Counted from the first letter of the stretch, positions 37,392 to 48,320 are shown. The stretch: DNA of 64,000 nucleotides from Macrostomum hystrix (GCA_950097015.1 CATNEN010000025.1:6882001-6946000), one strand, 5' to 3'. Numbers and translations: made by a program. The notes: generated from the sequence alone by a model not told the origin.

Positions 37392-40300
37392 TCAAGTAAA
37401 ACCGGCATCTCGCAGCCTCTTCACGTATTCTTCGGACCAGTGCATTAGCAGATTGTTGGCATAGTCCATGCTCTTCTTGGCCAGCCGCAATACTGGACGA
37501 ATCTCCTGGTCCGTGTGCATTACACCGCTGAGCTCGCTTGGCACATCCTGAATGGGGTAAATTATGGCTGCCAACTCTGCATGTATCTGATTTACTGCCC
37601 TACTTATCTTGTCCTCCTATCTTGCAGTAACCTCTGCCAAAAATGCCCTATGCCACCTCACTCCCTGCCCCACCGCACTCTCTGCCCCACCTCACTCCCT
37701 GCCCCACCGCACTCTCTGCCCCACCTCACTCCCTGCCCCACCGCACTCTCTGCCCCACCTCACTCCCTGCCCCACCTCACTCCCTGCCCCACCTCACTCC
37801 CTGCCCCACCGCACTCTCTGCCCCACCTCACTCCCTGCCCCACCTCGCTCCCTGCCCCACCTCAATCCTTGCCCCACCTCAATCCTTGCCCCACCTCAAT
37901 CCCAAACCCACCTCACTCTCTAACCCACCTCAATCCCAAACCCACCTCACTCCCAAACCCACCTCACTCCCTGCCCCACCACAATCTCAAACCCACCTCA
38001 ATCTCAAACCCACCTCACTCCCAAACCCACCTCACTCCCAAATCCAACCTAACTCTCTGCCCCACCTCACTCCCTGCCCCACCTCGCTCCCTGCCCCACC
38101 TCAATCCTTGCCCCACCTCAATCCCAAACTCACCTCACTCTCTAACCCACCTCAATCCCAAACCCACCTCACTCCCAAACCCACCTCACTCCCTGCCCCA
38201 CCTCAATTTCAAACCCACCTCACTCCCAAACCCACCTCACTCCCAAATCCAACCTAACTCTCTAACCCACCTCACTCCTAAACCCACCTACATCCCTATT
38301 AAACTCAATTCTGACTAGCAACTTTAGCTGCAAAAATAGCCATATCTCTATACTCTACCGGTATAGAGACTCGAGCCTTCTTGGTGCCCTGATCCATGAC
38401 CGTCAGCTGGCCAACAATCTTCCGATAGATGTAGGTGAGAATTGTTGCCACCAGTCTAATATTGCGTGCCGCTTTTGGTGTCGTTTGCACCACCATGCCG
38501 TAGTGCTCTGTTTTCAGGTAGAGCTGTAGTGGAAATTGTAATTGTTGTTATTAGCCTAATATCAATTCCTATTTACCTTCCCACCAACATGACAATCCTA
38601 CAAGGGGGTTGTTGCCTAGTGTTTAGAGCTTCGGACCCAAGACTCGAAGGTCGGTGGTTCGATTCCAGACTTCACTGTATTAATTTGTGTCCTTTAGCAA
38701 TAAAGTTAACTCTTCATTGCTTCAGTTCACCCGGCTGTTAAATGTGTACCATCAGGTGGTGGGTTAATTGAGGGTGGGTGTGGCGTCCCCCCAGTCCATG
38801 GACTGAACAGCCGTACGCAGCCTTCAGATGCGCCGAGCAATAGCTGCAGCTGTGCTGTCGGCTGCACATCTGGCCCAATCGGAGCAGGTGTAATATATGC
38901 TTACTAGTATTATTATTACCTACCTACCTACCCACCTGGTGATAATAATGATTTTCAATAGCCTTAAACCAGGCGTTTCGCTCACCGTTTCAACCAGTGC
39001 GCGCATCAGGAACAGGCCGATTAGCAGCATGCGGGCGTCGCAATCTGTTACACGAACTGTTCGACCCTCCTCGTCGAATTCAATCATGCTCTGATTGAAA
39101 ATGTTTGAAATGAGAGTTTAGAAAGCATCTTTGCAGCATCATTGTAAGCAAAACAAAACCTACCTTTTCCATGTCGTAGAAATATCCCTTGGGGAAGCGG
39201 TTCCCGGAGCGAATCAGCTCGAAGGTGCCAGACTTTCGGTGCGTGCCGAGGATACCCTTCGAAGGCTAAATAATAAACAGATGCGCAGATTCGTCTATTT
39301 CTACTAGCAGTAGTGTAGTAAGCAAGGATGAACGCAAAAAGTCTCACCATAATGTCGGTGACCTGAAACACGGTGTTCTCAATGCAATAGGCCAGCTCCT
39401 GAGCAACAACTCGCTCCTCGTCTCTGTTCAATGTCTTCGGCACATTCATCAGCTCCGTCAGTTCGACGGCTTCGTCGCCCATCACCGTGGCGAAGGTGAC
39501 ACTGTAGAGCTGTCCGTCCGGTGTCTTGTAGATGCGGTGAAGGACCTCCAGCATCTCTTTTAGGCGAACATCGAACAAGAAGTCCAACTTCGGTCGGAAT
39601 TTGTTCTGGTTAAGTGGGAGGATGTTTTTGTTGGGAAGGCGTGGATAGAAATAACACCTGACCAGTTTGACCACATGTACAGCCAGTGGCAACAGCCGCA
39701 GTTAAAGTAATGAGGTAATTTATTTTACCTCATTGGTCAATCGGTTTAGCAGGGCTAAGAAGAACGCAGTGTAGGCTAACCGCCGGAGCTTCTGTTGACT
39801 CTCTGAAATAAAAAAATTATAATACTGGAAGTAATGAAAAAGTAAAAAGCATGATTATCACCTATGTTTTCTCAATATTTAAGTAGGTGCGTAACGACTC
39901 TTTACGTGGCTGTGATTCTGTATTCGATTTTGGCGCAAATTTAAACTCACTATTTCCAGGAAATGGAAACGGAACTTGCTCCATTTCATCGTCTGACTTC
40001 GCTGAAATGATTGAATATTAGTATTATATAATTTAAATAGCATGTGTAAAGTGAAAGGTTTTCTGTTTAATTATCCGGTGCAATTTTTACTCACGTTTCG
40101 CCTTGGGCGAGTCCTTCGCCGGAGAAACTGGCTTTTGTGGCGACTCAGTGGATCTAAATACAAAGTACAAACATGAGCATGATTTTCTACTGATTAATAA
40201 TAATGTACTGTGACTATGGCTCCTAAAACTTTCACTTGTACCTGCGTCCGAATTGACAGTAGAGAGATGAAGCATTGAGATGAGACAAGGGAGTGACGAG

Positions 40301-42143
40301 ACAGAGGAGAGATGAGACAGGAGAGATGAGACAGAGGAGAGATGAGACAGGAGAGATGAGACAGGAGAGATGAGACAGGAGATATGAGACAGAGGAGAGA
40401 TGAGACATGAACCAGATGAGACAGGGGAGAGATAAGTCGGGAGAGATGAGACATGAAAGAGATGAGACAGGAGTGAGATGAGACACGAAGAGATGAGACA
40501 TGAAATAGAAGAGACAGGGGAGTGACAAGGCGAAAAGTGTTTATAGGGGCCAAAAGGTCGATTCAGTATCTAGGCGTGCCGTATCGAGGCTTCTAGCTCT
40601 TCGTCTTCTCACTACAGACTCATAAAAGTATAATCTTGAAAACTGTAAATCGAATTCGTTTTGTTTTACATCTTTGTATCAGAACGTTCGATTGGCCGTC
40701 GAGGATGCTGCTGCTGCTGCTGCATCATGGCCTCGTAGCTGGGCATTGGCAGAAAAATAGGTTGAGGCGGCGGTAGCGGCGGCGGAGGCGGCGGCGGCGG
40801 CAGCTGTCGCTCCGTCTGCCTGGCCATCATCTGGCTCAGCATGAGGTTGTGCATCTGGGAGTTCTGCATCATCATCGCCTCCATCATCTGGGCGAATCGG
40901 TCTGCAAAGCGAAGGTATTTTTGAAATAATTTGGACACTACGGAGTAGGGTTGTTGAATAGTCTTTTGTTGTCTGTGATTGGTGGATAACTTTCTAAATG
41001 AAAATTTCTGGTGTTTCTCACCGCCTCGTCCGTCGACATTGCGTCTACGATGTCGCGGACTACCATCGCCACCGCCGCCGCCATCGTCTCTTCGATGCGT
41101 CTGCGGCGGCGGTTCCCGGCGAAGCCGATCAGCCAGCCGGCGTTCTCGGTCAAGAAGGTCTCGAAGCTCCGCCCTACGAGAGCGGGCCGCCTCCAGCGCG
41201 CGCTGAGATTGCTCCGTTTCAGCCGCCGAAGACGCTGCGCCACGCCTCTCGACTTCCAGTTTCTGAGTAGTCAGATTTAGTTATTGAGTGTTGTGTTTGT
41301 TAGGACAGGCAGTCGACAGTCGCCTCCTTCTATTTGAGTAGTAACTAGCTTGAAACCTTTTCATTCTAACCTCAATGTTAGTGTGTTAGCGAGTCAATTC
41401 ATTTGTACGAGTTCTTATAGTTATTGATTCCCTGCCATTATAAATATTGTACATATCTATATGTTTATGAAGTTCATTTGGTATTTAAATTAGTTCGAAA
41501 TCTCATTCCTCTTCTCTACTATCACCTACGCCATGGCTTAGTGACGAGCATGCTATATTCATGCACTAAATGAAGCTAGTATTAATAATTAATTAATAAT
41601 AATAATTGATTACACCTGCCCTAATTTGGCTAGATGTGCAGCCGACAGCACAGCCGCAGCTATTGCGCGGCGCATCTGAAGGCTGCGTACGGCTGTCCAG
41701 TCCATGGACTGGGGGACGCCACACCCACCCTCAATTATCCCAGCTGATGCTGGTACCCATTTAACAGCTGGGTGAACTGAAGCAATGCAGAGTTAAGTGT
41801 CTTGCTAAAGGACACAAATTGTTCCAGTGGAGTCAGGAATCGAACCCCCGACCTTCAAGTCGTGAGTCCGACGCTCTAACCACAAGGCTACAACCTCTCT
41901 AGTATTAAGATAGCATTATCATATCGCCACAAAGAGATTCTAGCATGTGCCGACCGCCTGTTGCTGCTGCGATAGACTAGCCTTAGTACACGAACTCGTT
42001 GATTTCAAGACTCACAAGTTCCTACTCAGACTCACCTCCTCCAGCAGCCGAAGCCGCATCTCTGTCAGCCGGTCTTCAATGTCTTGTTTAAGAAAGTCGC
42101 GTTCACCGGCGCCTCCGCGCGTGGGTTTCGATGCGCCCTTCAT
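37392..42143 (-). CDS. C21orf58/DUF4587-like uncharacterised protein with a long C-terminal region. Exons 42143-42036, 41262-41022, 40901-about 40686, small uncertain exons about 40240-39775, 39657-39348, 39265-39164, 39090-38986, 38523-38359, 37547-37392
   Basis: Spliced frame gives DRLTEMRLRLLEE|KLEVERR..ALEAARSRRAELRDLL and MMEAMMMQNSQMHNLMLSQMM followed by polyPro, recalling C21orf58/CCDC17 DUF4587 (MVELMLLQNAQVHQLVLQNWM). The last five exons are GT-AG and in phase. Central small exons are not resolved; the family call is from memory. Confidence 0.7.
37650..38290. repeat. C-rich minisatellite, about 17-bp unit CCCCACCTCACTCCCTG grading into CCCACCTCAATCCCAAA
   Basis: Tandem units read directly; lies in the last intron of the DUF4587-like gene. 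Confidence 0.95.
38602..38918 (+). mobile_element. Full-length tRNA-derived CORE-type SINE (family B)
   Basis: Head GGGGGTTGTTGCCTAGTGTTTAGAGC..GGTTCGATTCC (B box), CORE-like GTGTCCTTTAGCAA..CTTCAGTTCACCCGGCTGTTAAATG, 3' hairpin domain, TATTAT tail. Confidence 0.88.
40262..40520. repeat. Purine-rich short tandem repeat (GGAGAGATGAGACA)n
   Basis: Tandem units read directly. Confidence 0.93.
41290..41524 (+). mobile_element. Possible solo LTR remnant in an intron
   Basis: Begins TGTT.., ends ..ACTATCA, with an internal ATTATAAATA. No clear target-site duplication. Confidence 0.25.
41580..41900 (-). mobile_element. Full-length CORE-type SINE (family B)
   Basis: Reverse complement of 38602-38918 with high similarity; B box GGTTCGATTCC; (ATT)n tail. 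Confidence 0.9.
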
Positions 42144-42648
42144 GATGAGGCAGGCAGGGAGCTGAAATTAGTTTGCTCTCGCTACTTGCAGCTCCCGTCT
42201 CAATTTTTTCTGCAGCTCAGAGTGGTCGCACTGCACGCATTTGAAGCCACTTTTTAATTTAAAGGGCAGCAAGGAAAAGTAGGAGTTGAGAATGGTCCAG
42301 GCTCACACAGCCTGTGAGTACACTGTAGCCTACACTGGTCTCATGTGCTAGCACTGGCCAGCTCAAATACAATCAGTGAGGGCAATACACTATTGTGCTG
42401 AGTACAGTACTGTGAAATTGTACAGTGCCCACTGAGAGGTCTAGAAATATTGTCAAATCTTGCTATCTTGACCTCAGCACCCACCTGTGCGCACACATTT
42501 TATGAAAATTAATTAAGCTAGAGAATTGCACATGAAAGTCCTTATGAGAATTAAATGTGTAATTTTGCAGAAACTCTTTAAATCACAATTAATTCCACGA
42601 AATCACAACTCAGTTCGACGAAGCACAACCAACATCTCGCGCTTTAGT

Positions 42649-42912
42649 TCAGACAGGTCGCTCGCTTGGTACGCCCCAGTCCCAGCAGGGGCCCAGAAGG
42701 AGGACACCCATTAAAGTAACGGCCGTAACAGCAGACAAGACGGCCAGAATGATGAACCAGAACAGCCACCGCCAGCTGCTCTGCTGCTCAGGGACGTACT
42801 GTTCGAGCAGGCTTGAGTAAGGCAGATTGTGGATCGGTTCATTCGATTTTTGAGAAGGTCCCGCGAATGTCGTTTGCTGCTCTAGATCTTTCTTTTCTGG
42901 AAGGTGGAACAT
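42649..42912 (-). CDS. Small ORF or terminal exon encoding a C-terminal transmembrane helix and short tail (..WLFWFIILAVLSAVTAVTLMGVLLLGPCWDWGVPSERPV*)
   Basis: Open frame with exon-like GC content, a strong hydrophobic helix and a candidate acceptor CCTTCCAG near 42897. Probably the last exon of the 45554 gene, but the link is unresolved. Confidence 0.55.
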   Translation of the reverse strand: MFHLPEKKDLEQQTTFAGPSQKSNEPIHNLPYSSLLEQYVPEQQSSWRWLFWFIILAVLSAVTAVTLMGVLLLGPCWDWGVPSERPV

Positions 42913-42925
42913 TTGCGATCGATGC

Positions 42926-44205
42926 GTTCAAAAGATCGCAACCAAGAAAGATGACAAGTGTTCATAAGATCGCAACCAAGAAAGATGACAAGCGTTCATA
43001 AGATCGCAACCAAGAAAGATGACAAGTGTTCATAAGATCGCAACCAAGAAAGATGACAAGCGTTCAAAAGATCGCAACCAAGAAAGATGACAAGCGTTCA
43101 TAAGATCGCAACCAAGAAAGATGACAAGCGTTCATAAGATCGCAACCAAGAAAGATGACAAGTGTTCATAAGATCGCAACCAAGAAAGATGACAAGTGTT
43201 CATAAGATCGCAACCAAGAAAGATGACAAGCGTTCATAAGATCGCAACCAAGAAAGATGACAAGTGTTCATAAGATCGCAACCAAGAAAGATGACAAGCG
43301 TTCATAAGATCGCAACCAAGAAAGATGACAAGTGTTCATAAGATCGCAACCAAGAAAGATGACAAGCGTTCATAAGATCGCAACCAAGAAAGATGACAAG
43401 CGTTCATAAGATCGCAACCAAGAAAGATGACAAGTGTTCATAAGATCGCAACCAAGAAAGATGACAAGCGTTCATAAGATCGCAACCAAGAAAGATGACA
43501 AGCGTTCATAAGATCGCAACCAAGAAAGATGACAAGCGTTCATAAGATCGCAACCAAGAAAGATGACAAGCGTTCATAAGATCGCAACCAAGAAAGATGA
43601 CAAGCGTTCAAAAGATCGCAACCAAGAAAGATGACAAGCGTTCATAAGATCGCAACCAAGAAAGATGACAAGTGTTCATAAGATCGCAACCAAGAAAGAT
43701 GACAAGTGTTCATAAGATCGCAACCAAGAAAGATGACAAGTGTTCATAAGATCGCAACCAAGAAAGATGACAAGTGTTCATAAGATCGCAACCAAGAAAG
43801 ATGACAAGCGTTCATAAGATCGCAACCAAGAAAGATGACAAGTGTTCATAAGATCGCAACCAAGAAAGATGACAAGCGTTCATAAGATCGCAACCAAGAA
43901 AGATGACAAGCGTTCATAAGATCGCAACCAAGAAAGATGACAAGTGTTCATAAGATCGCAACCAAGAAAGATGACAAGCGTTCATAAGATCGCAACCAAG
44001 AAAGATGACAAGCGTTCATAAGATCGCAACCAAGAAAGATGACAAGCGTTCATAAGATCGCAACCAAGAAAGATGACAAGTGTTCATAAGATCGCAACCA
44101 AGAAAGATGACAAGCGTTCATAAGATCGCAACCAAGAAAGATGACAAGCGTTCATAAGATCGCAACCAAGAAAGATGACAAGCGTTCAAAAGATCGCAAG
44201 CAAGA
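42926..44205. repeat. Minisatellite, 34-bp unit TAAGATCGCAACCAAGAAAGATGACAAGCGTTCA
   Basis: Tandem units read directly. Confidence 0.98.
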
Positions 44206-44642
44206 AAGATTAAAAAAATTCATAAGATGGCAACTATGAGTAACGTTAATAAGATTATAATCGAGATAGATGACAAATTCAATGAAAGTAAAAGCATGAA
44301 CGCAAAACTTACCAACGTCATTCTTATTTGGATGGCTATCATGATCAAGAAACCCTTGTAGGCAGCTGCAACAGAGTTCAAACTCGATGCTCAACGAATA
44401 TTCTAGACTTTTCGATAGTCTGACGAAGTCCTCGGAAAACTTTAGAAGTTTGCGAGCCCTGCAAAACAGACGAGTTAGTTCATATACTTTCCTATAACTA
44501 AATATAAACAAGAACGAAGACCTTTGAGTAAGAGTTTTCTTAACAGTGAGAGGTGCCGAAGAAACAGAGCGATACGAGTTACTACTTCGAGTGCTACAGA
44601 AGAGACTGTCAAGAGGTAGTTTTCGAGAAGTCAGGACCTCAA

Positions 44643-44804
44643 GATATAACTGGCTGCTCATCTTTGGTGACGGTCATTTCAACATCTCCTGAGCACACAC
44701 GCACATGGCCAAAAATGAATGTGGTCTTGCCGTGGAATCGAGCTCAAGGACCTTGGTGCGAGAAGCAAGCGCGTGAACCGCTTGGATGTTATCTTGAAGA
44801 GAAT
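44643..44804 (-). mobile_element. Internally deleted SINE family A derivative flanked by a 13-bp direct repeat GTCAGGACCTCAA (44630-44642 and 44805-44817)
   Basis: tRNA-like head GCGGTTCACGCG..GAGCTCGATTCC fused to GTGTGTGCTCAGGAG..GTCACCAAA; the direct repeats are read directly. Confidence 0.75.
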
Positions 44805-45016
44805 GTCAGGACCTCAATAAAAATCTGTCGAGACTTAGTTGTCGAAAAGTGGCTTGAACGATCAGGAGAAGAAAGAATGGAACATTGTTATAAAGCGCTG
44901 GATTGTCCGGATTGTGGTTATCAAAGCTTCAGGAGTTCAGGATTATTACTCGAAAGTTGGAATGATTGCGAAGACTTTATTCATCTAGCATCGATACCCC
45001 AGCTAATACAATTTAC

Positions 45017-45554
45017 ATTCTTGCCTCGTCGCAGACGAGTCTCGCTCGTTGCCAGTAGCTGAGTCAAAAAACTTCACAACCAGCCGCAGAAAGGCGGCCT
45101 CCATTCGGCAGGCGAGGCGCTCCACAGCTCGATTGTGGTCTAGCCAGAGCCGGCCAACGTCTTCGTACATCTGGCGCCATCGCAACTCTCTCCTACGCTC
45201 GCCTTCATTGGTTGTCATTGACGCTTCGGCCTGGATGGCGAGAGTTGCACAGATCGCACGCAACTTCTCGCACTCGATATCGTCGCTAGCCAGCTGCAGA
45301 CAGTCGGTGTGCACTTCCTCAATAGTCGGGCTGTCGTGACTATCAACGTCACGCTTGTAAGCAGCCTCGCGACTGAGCAGTTGAGCAACTGAGGCGGAGA
45401 GCAGCAGCCGCATCTGACTGACATCGTTGTAGACCTGACCGGCATTATCAGCGGTGCTGTCAGCTGTTCCATCTTTCGAGAGTGAATCATTTAAATGCGA
45501 CAGCGTGGCAGTTTCAACTGCACGGGTCGGCTTATCGTCTTGTTGGCCGATCAT
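45017..45554 (-). CDS. Exon(s) of an uncharacterised helical/coiled-coil protein; downstream splicing unresolved
   Basis: ATG at 45554, a 180-aa open frame with exon-like GC composition, and a donor GTAAAT at about 45016. Confidence 0.6.
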
Positions 45555-45674
45555 TTTGCTCTATTGTCCATTTAATTTATTTAAACTTTAAACTTCATAA
45601 TTCAAATTTGTCCAAAGGTAGAAGACTTAGCGATTGAATTTTGACCATAGACAGTGTCGCGTGTCGTTTTTCTC

Positions 45675-45770
45675 GCCTGATAAGGGGGTTAGTGGCAGAT
45701 CGTTTTGCCTCTCGCACAACGGGTCCCTGAGCTTGGATCCGTGGCGAGACCACATTCATCTGGAGGGGGG
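45675..45770 (+). mobile_element. SINE family A tRNA-like head fragment
   Basis: TTTGCCTCTCGCAC..GGTCCCTGAGCT..GACCACATTCATC matches the head of 30765-31080. Confidence 0.7.
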
Positions 45771-45779
45771 TGCTATCAC

Positions 45780-45945
45780 AAGCTCGAAATTTCACGACAC
45801 CGAAAAGCATTTTTTATAAGATCGAAACTTCACAACGTCGAAAACTAAAATAGCAGCTACCTTCACTAGGTCGAAACTTCATAAGCTCGAAATTTCACAA
45901 CGTCTAAATATCACAACGTCTATAAGCCCGAAATTTTATAAGGTC
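45780..45945. repeat. Degenerate short repeat (TCGAAACTTCACAACG-like)
   Basis: Recurrent TCGAAA(C/A)TTCA(C/T)AA segments. Confidence 0.6.
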
Positions 45946-46391
45946 AAAAGTGAGTAGAAATCTGGATTACTTAAACGACTTCAAATATTTTAATTAAACA
46001 GGCTTTCCATTGGTTTCCTTCATGTTTTGCTATTGTTGTTATATCGAGTGTCGAGCTACTCGATTTTAAAATCATGTTCCTATGTTCCCGTGTTCGGTTT
46101 TGAGGCGCGTGGGCACCGTTCCTAATTTCACGGCTCATGGAATATACTTTCTATACTTTCATATATATAATAAGCTATCGTAGGACTCATTTTTTAGTTT
46201 CGTCATTAATCGACGTTATGAAATTTCGGATCAATATATTAATTCAAGCGGTCATTCGTTCAAATCAGAAGATAATCTGTGCTGCGAGTAATGCTAGTAT
46301 ATGTGATAATTAGGATTGAGAAATCTCCGATTAACGAAAGTGTTAGTTGACTGATCAATCGAAACCAGAATCGACGACTCAAATTTAGACA

Positions 46392-48320
46392 CTAATTTTC
46401 ATGTTCGGCAGCATCAGCAGCAGCGGCAGCAGCAGCAGCGGTAACAAAAATTCCCGTGTGGGGATTCCTAGTGCCGAACTTAGCCGGCATCAGCCGCAGG
46501 TCCATGCAGCCGTAGACGCCGGGTGATAGGCGATGCGCACCATCGGTTGCTAGGCAGCCGAGAGCGAAGCCGATGTTCAGATCAGCGTCGGTATCTTTGA
46601 AAGCGCCCGGCAGCCGGGCACCAGTCAGGACCACCACTGGGCCCGTGGCTGCATTCAAGTCTGCATCAAGTTGCACAGGTAATTTTATGCTTGTGGTCAT
46701 GTAGGATTTTATTGAACTGAAACTCCAGCCTCCCTTATGGGGCAATCTGTTCACTCATTGATTGTGCTGACTCCTGAGCACACACGTACACAGATACCGT
46801 ACTCAGGCACACGCTTTCTCATCGTCGGACAGTGTATGCATTCTCACTGTGCCTTAATTGTAGGATCGGCCCTCAAAAGCGTTAATTTCACGACAATCAG
46901 CCAATCAGTTCACTTATTGCTCAACCAATCCCTTTTTGGACCAGTCAGCCAATGCCCTTTTTTATTGGTTAGCTAATTCCTTCCTTTCATTGGTCAGCCA
47001 ATCTGCTCTTTGGTTGGTCAGCTTGTCCGTTTGTCAGCCAGCCGTTCCCTGATCCATTCAATAGTCAGCCAATCAAAGCCAAGTAAACACTTTCCTGATT
47101 GCAGGCGGCTCTGAAGAAACCTGGCTGTATCCAACAGGGTATCCGTGCCGTGTGTTACGAGGACCTTGCGACAACCGCTCGACCTAATGACATCCGCTAG
47201 CTGCTGTCTGGAGTGATTGCACTGAATGGTTAAATGATAGCTTTCTAATTAAGCGGAAATGTAATTGTGATTATACCTGTCATGATCGGTGATTTCCAGG
47301 CTATCCTTTTTAAACACAGAATAGAATATAAATCTGGTCTCGCAGTCAGAGAATAGCCGCCTGAGCAGCTGCTCACAATAGCTGCTGTCGCCGAATTCAA
47401 ACGCGTAGCCGCCAATCGCTCTTGGATAACATTTGTCTATGGTGCCTGGGAAAGAGATCGGTGTAGATTTTGTAGCTATCAGTGCGCAGCCGAATTTCAT
47501 GCGGTAAGAGCTGGTATGGTTGAAGCTTAATTCTTACCTCCAGTCTGAATCACCAGTAGCTTTTTATTCGATTTGGAATCCTGAAATGCAAATCTTAGCT
47601 CTTTAAATAGTAGGCTATGATGTAGAAAATGTATTTTATAAGCTAGTTTTAACATTAATATACTTGCTAGATATAGAAACACGTTGGACGTTCTAGATAT
47701 TTAAAGTTCAATATTTAATGTATTTTAACCTTTAATATATATTACCTTTGACTACATTTCTATTTCCCTTCCCTAATGTGCATATTGATGTGCATAAATG
47801 TTGATTGTATATGTTTCTCTGCTTCTTAGCAATATTTCGTTTTAAAGAAGCGATGCAACTCCATGAACAAGTAGCGAGCATACCTTAAAATGCAATTAAA
47901 AAATGTTATATTAAGCTAAGACAAACAATAAGTGCATGCAGTAAAAGAAGGATTCAAAAATACTTGTGGTTTGTTCATGCAAGTAATTTATCATAAAAAC
48001 AACTTCACATAAATGGACAGTCGAGTTGGCCAAAAGTTAATTTTTTCATCGGTCTGCTCAAATTGGGTAAATATAAAGGCTTTGTTTATGTAGGCATTTA
48101 TTGATTAAAGTATATCATCCCAGATCTCCGCGTTTCACTGAAAAGCAGAATTCTTTAAATTAATACTATTTTCGCATTTGAACATTTTTCGTCTGTAAAG
48201 ATGATCGACGAATGTATTTTTAGTAGATGTATATCTTAGATCTTCATAAAAAACAGGACGCTATCATAAAATGTATACTTCTTGAGCTTAATTTAAGCGT
48301 AAGTCAGCTGGACTTACCAT
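46392..48320 (-). CDS. Short single-domain L-asparaginase-family protein (about 198 aa). Exons 48320-48318 (ATG), 47580-47538, 47445-47277, 47207-47095, 46660-46392
   Basis: Spliced product MDSKSNKKLLVIQTGGTIDKCYP..GYAFEFG..KKDSLEITDHDRQQL..KVLVTHGTDTLLDTA..VVVLTGARLP..DADLNIG carries the asparaginase TGGTI and HGTDT motifs. The last junction needs a non-canonical donor or an alternative weak acceptor. Confidence 0.88.
46760..46890 (-). mobile_element. Degenerate SINE family A internal fragment in the last asparaginase intron
   Basis: CTGACTCCTGAGCACACACG..TTTCTCATCGTCGGACAGTGTA..GGCCCTCAAAAG, shared with 23093-23430. Confidence 0.7.

Noticed and set aside
44553-45062. 169-aa plus-strand ORF with CxxC
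   Set aside because: Runs through a SINE insertion and antisense to another exon; no recognisable domain.
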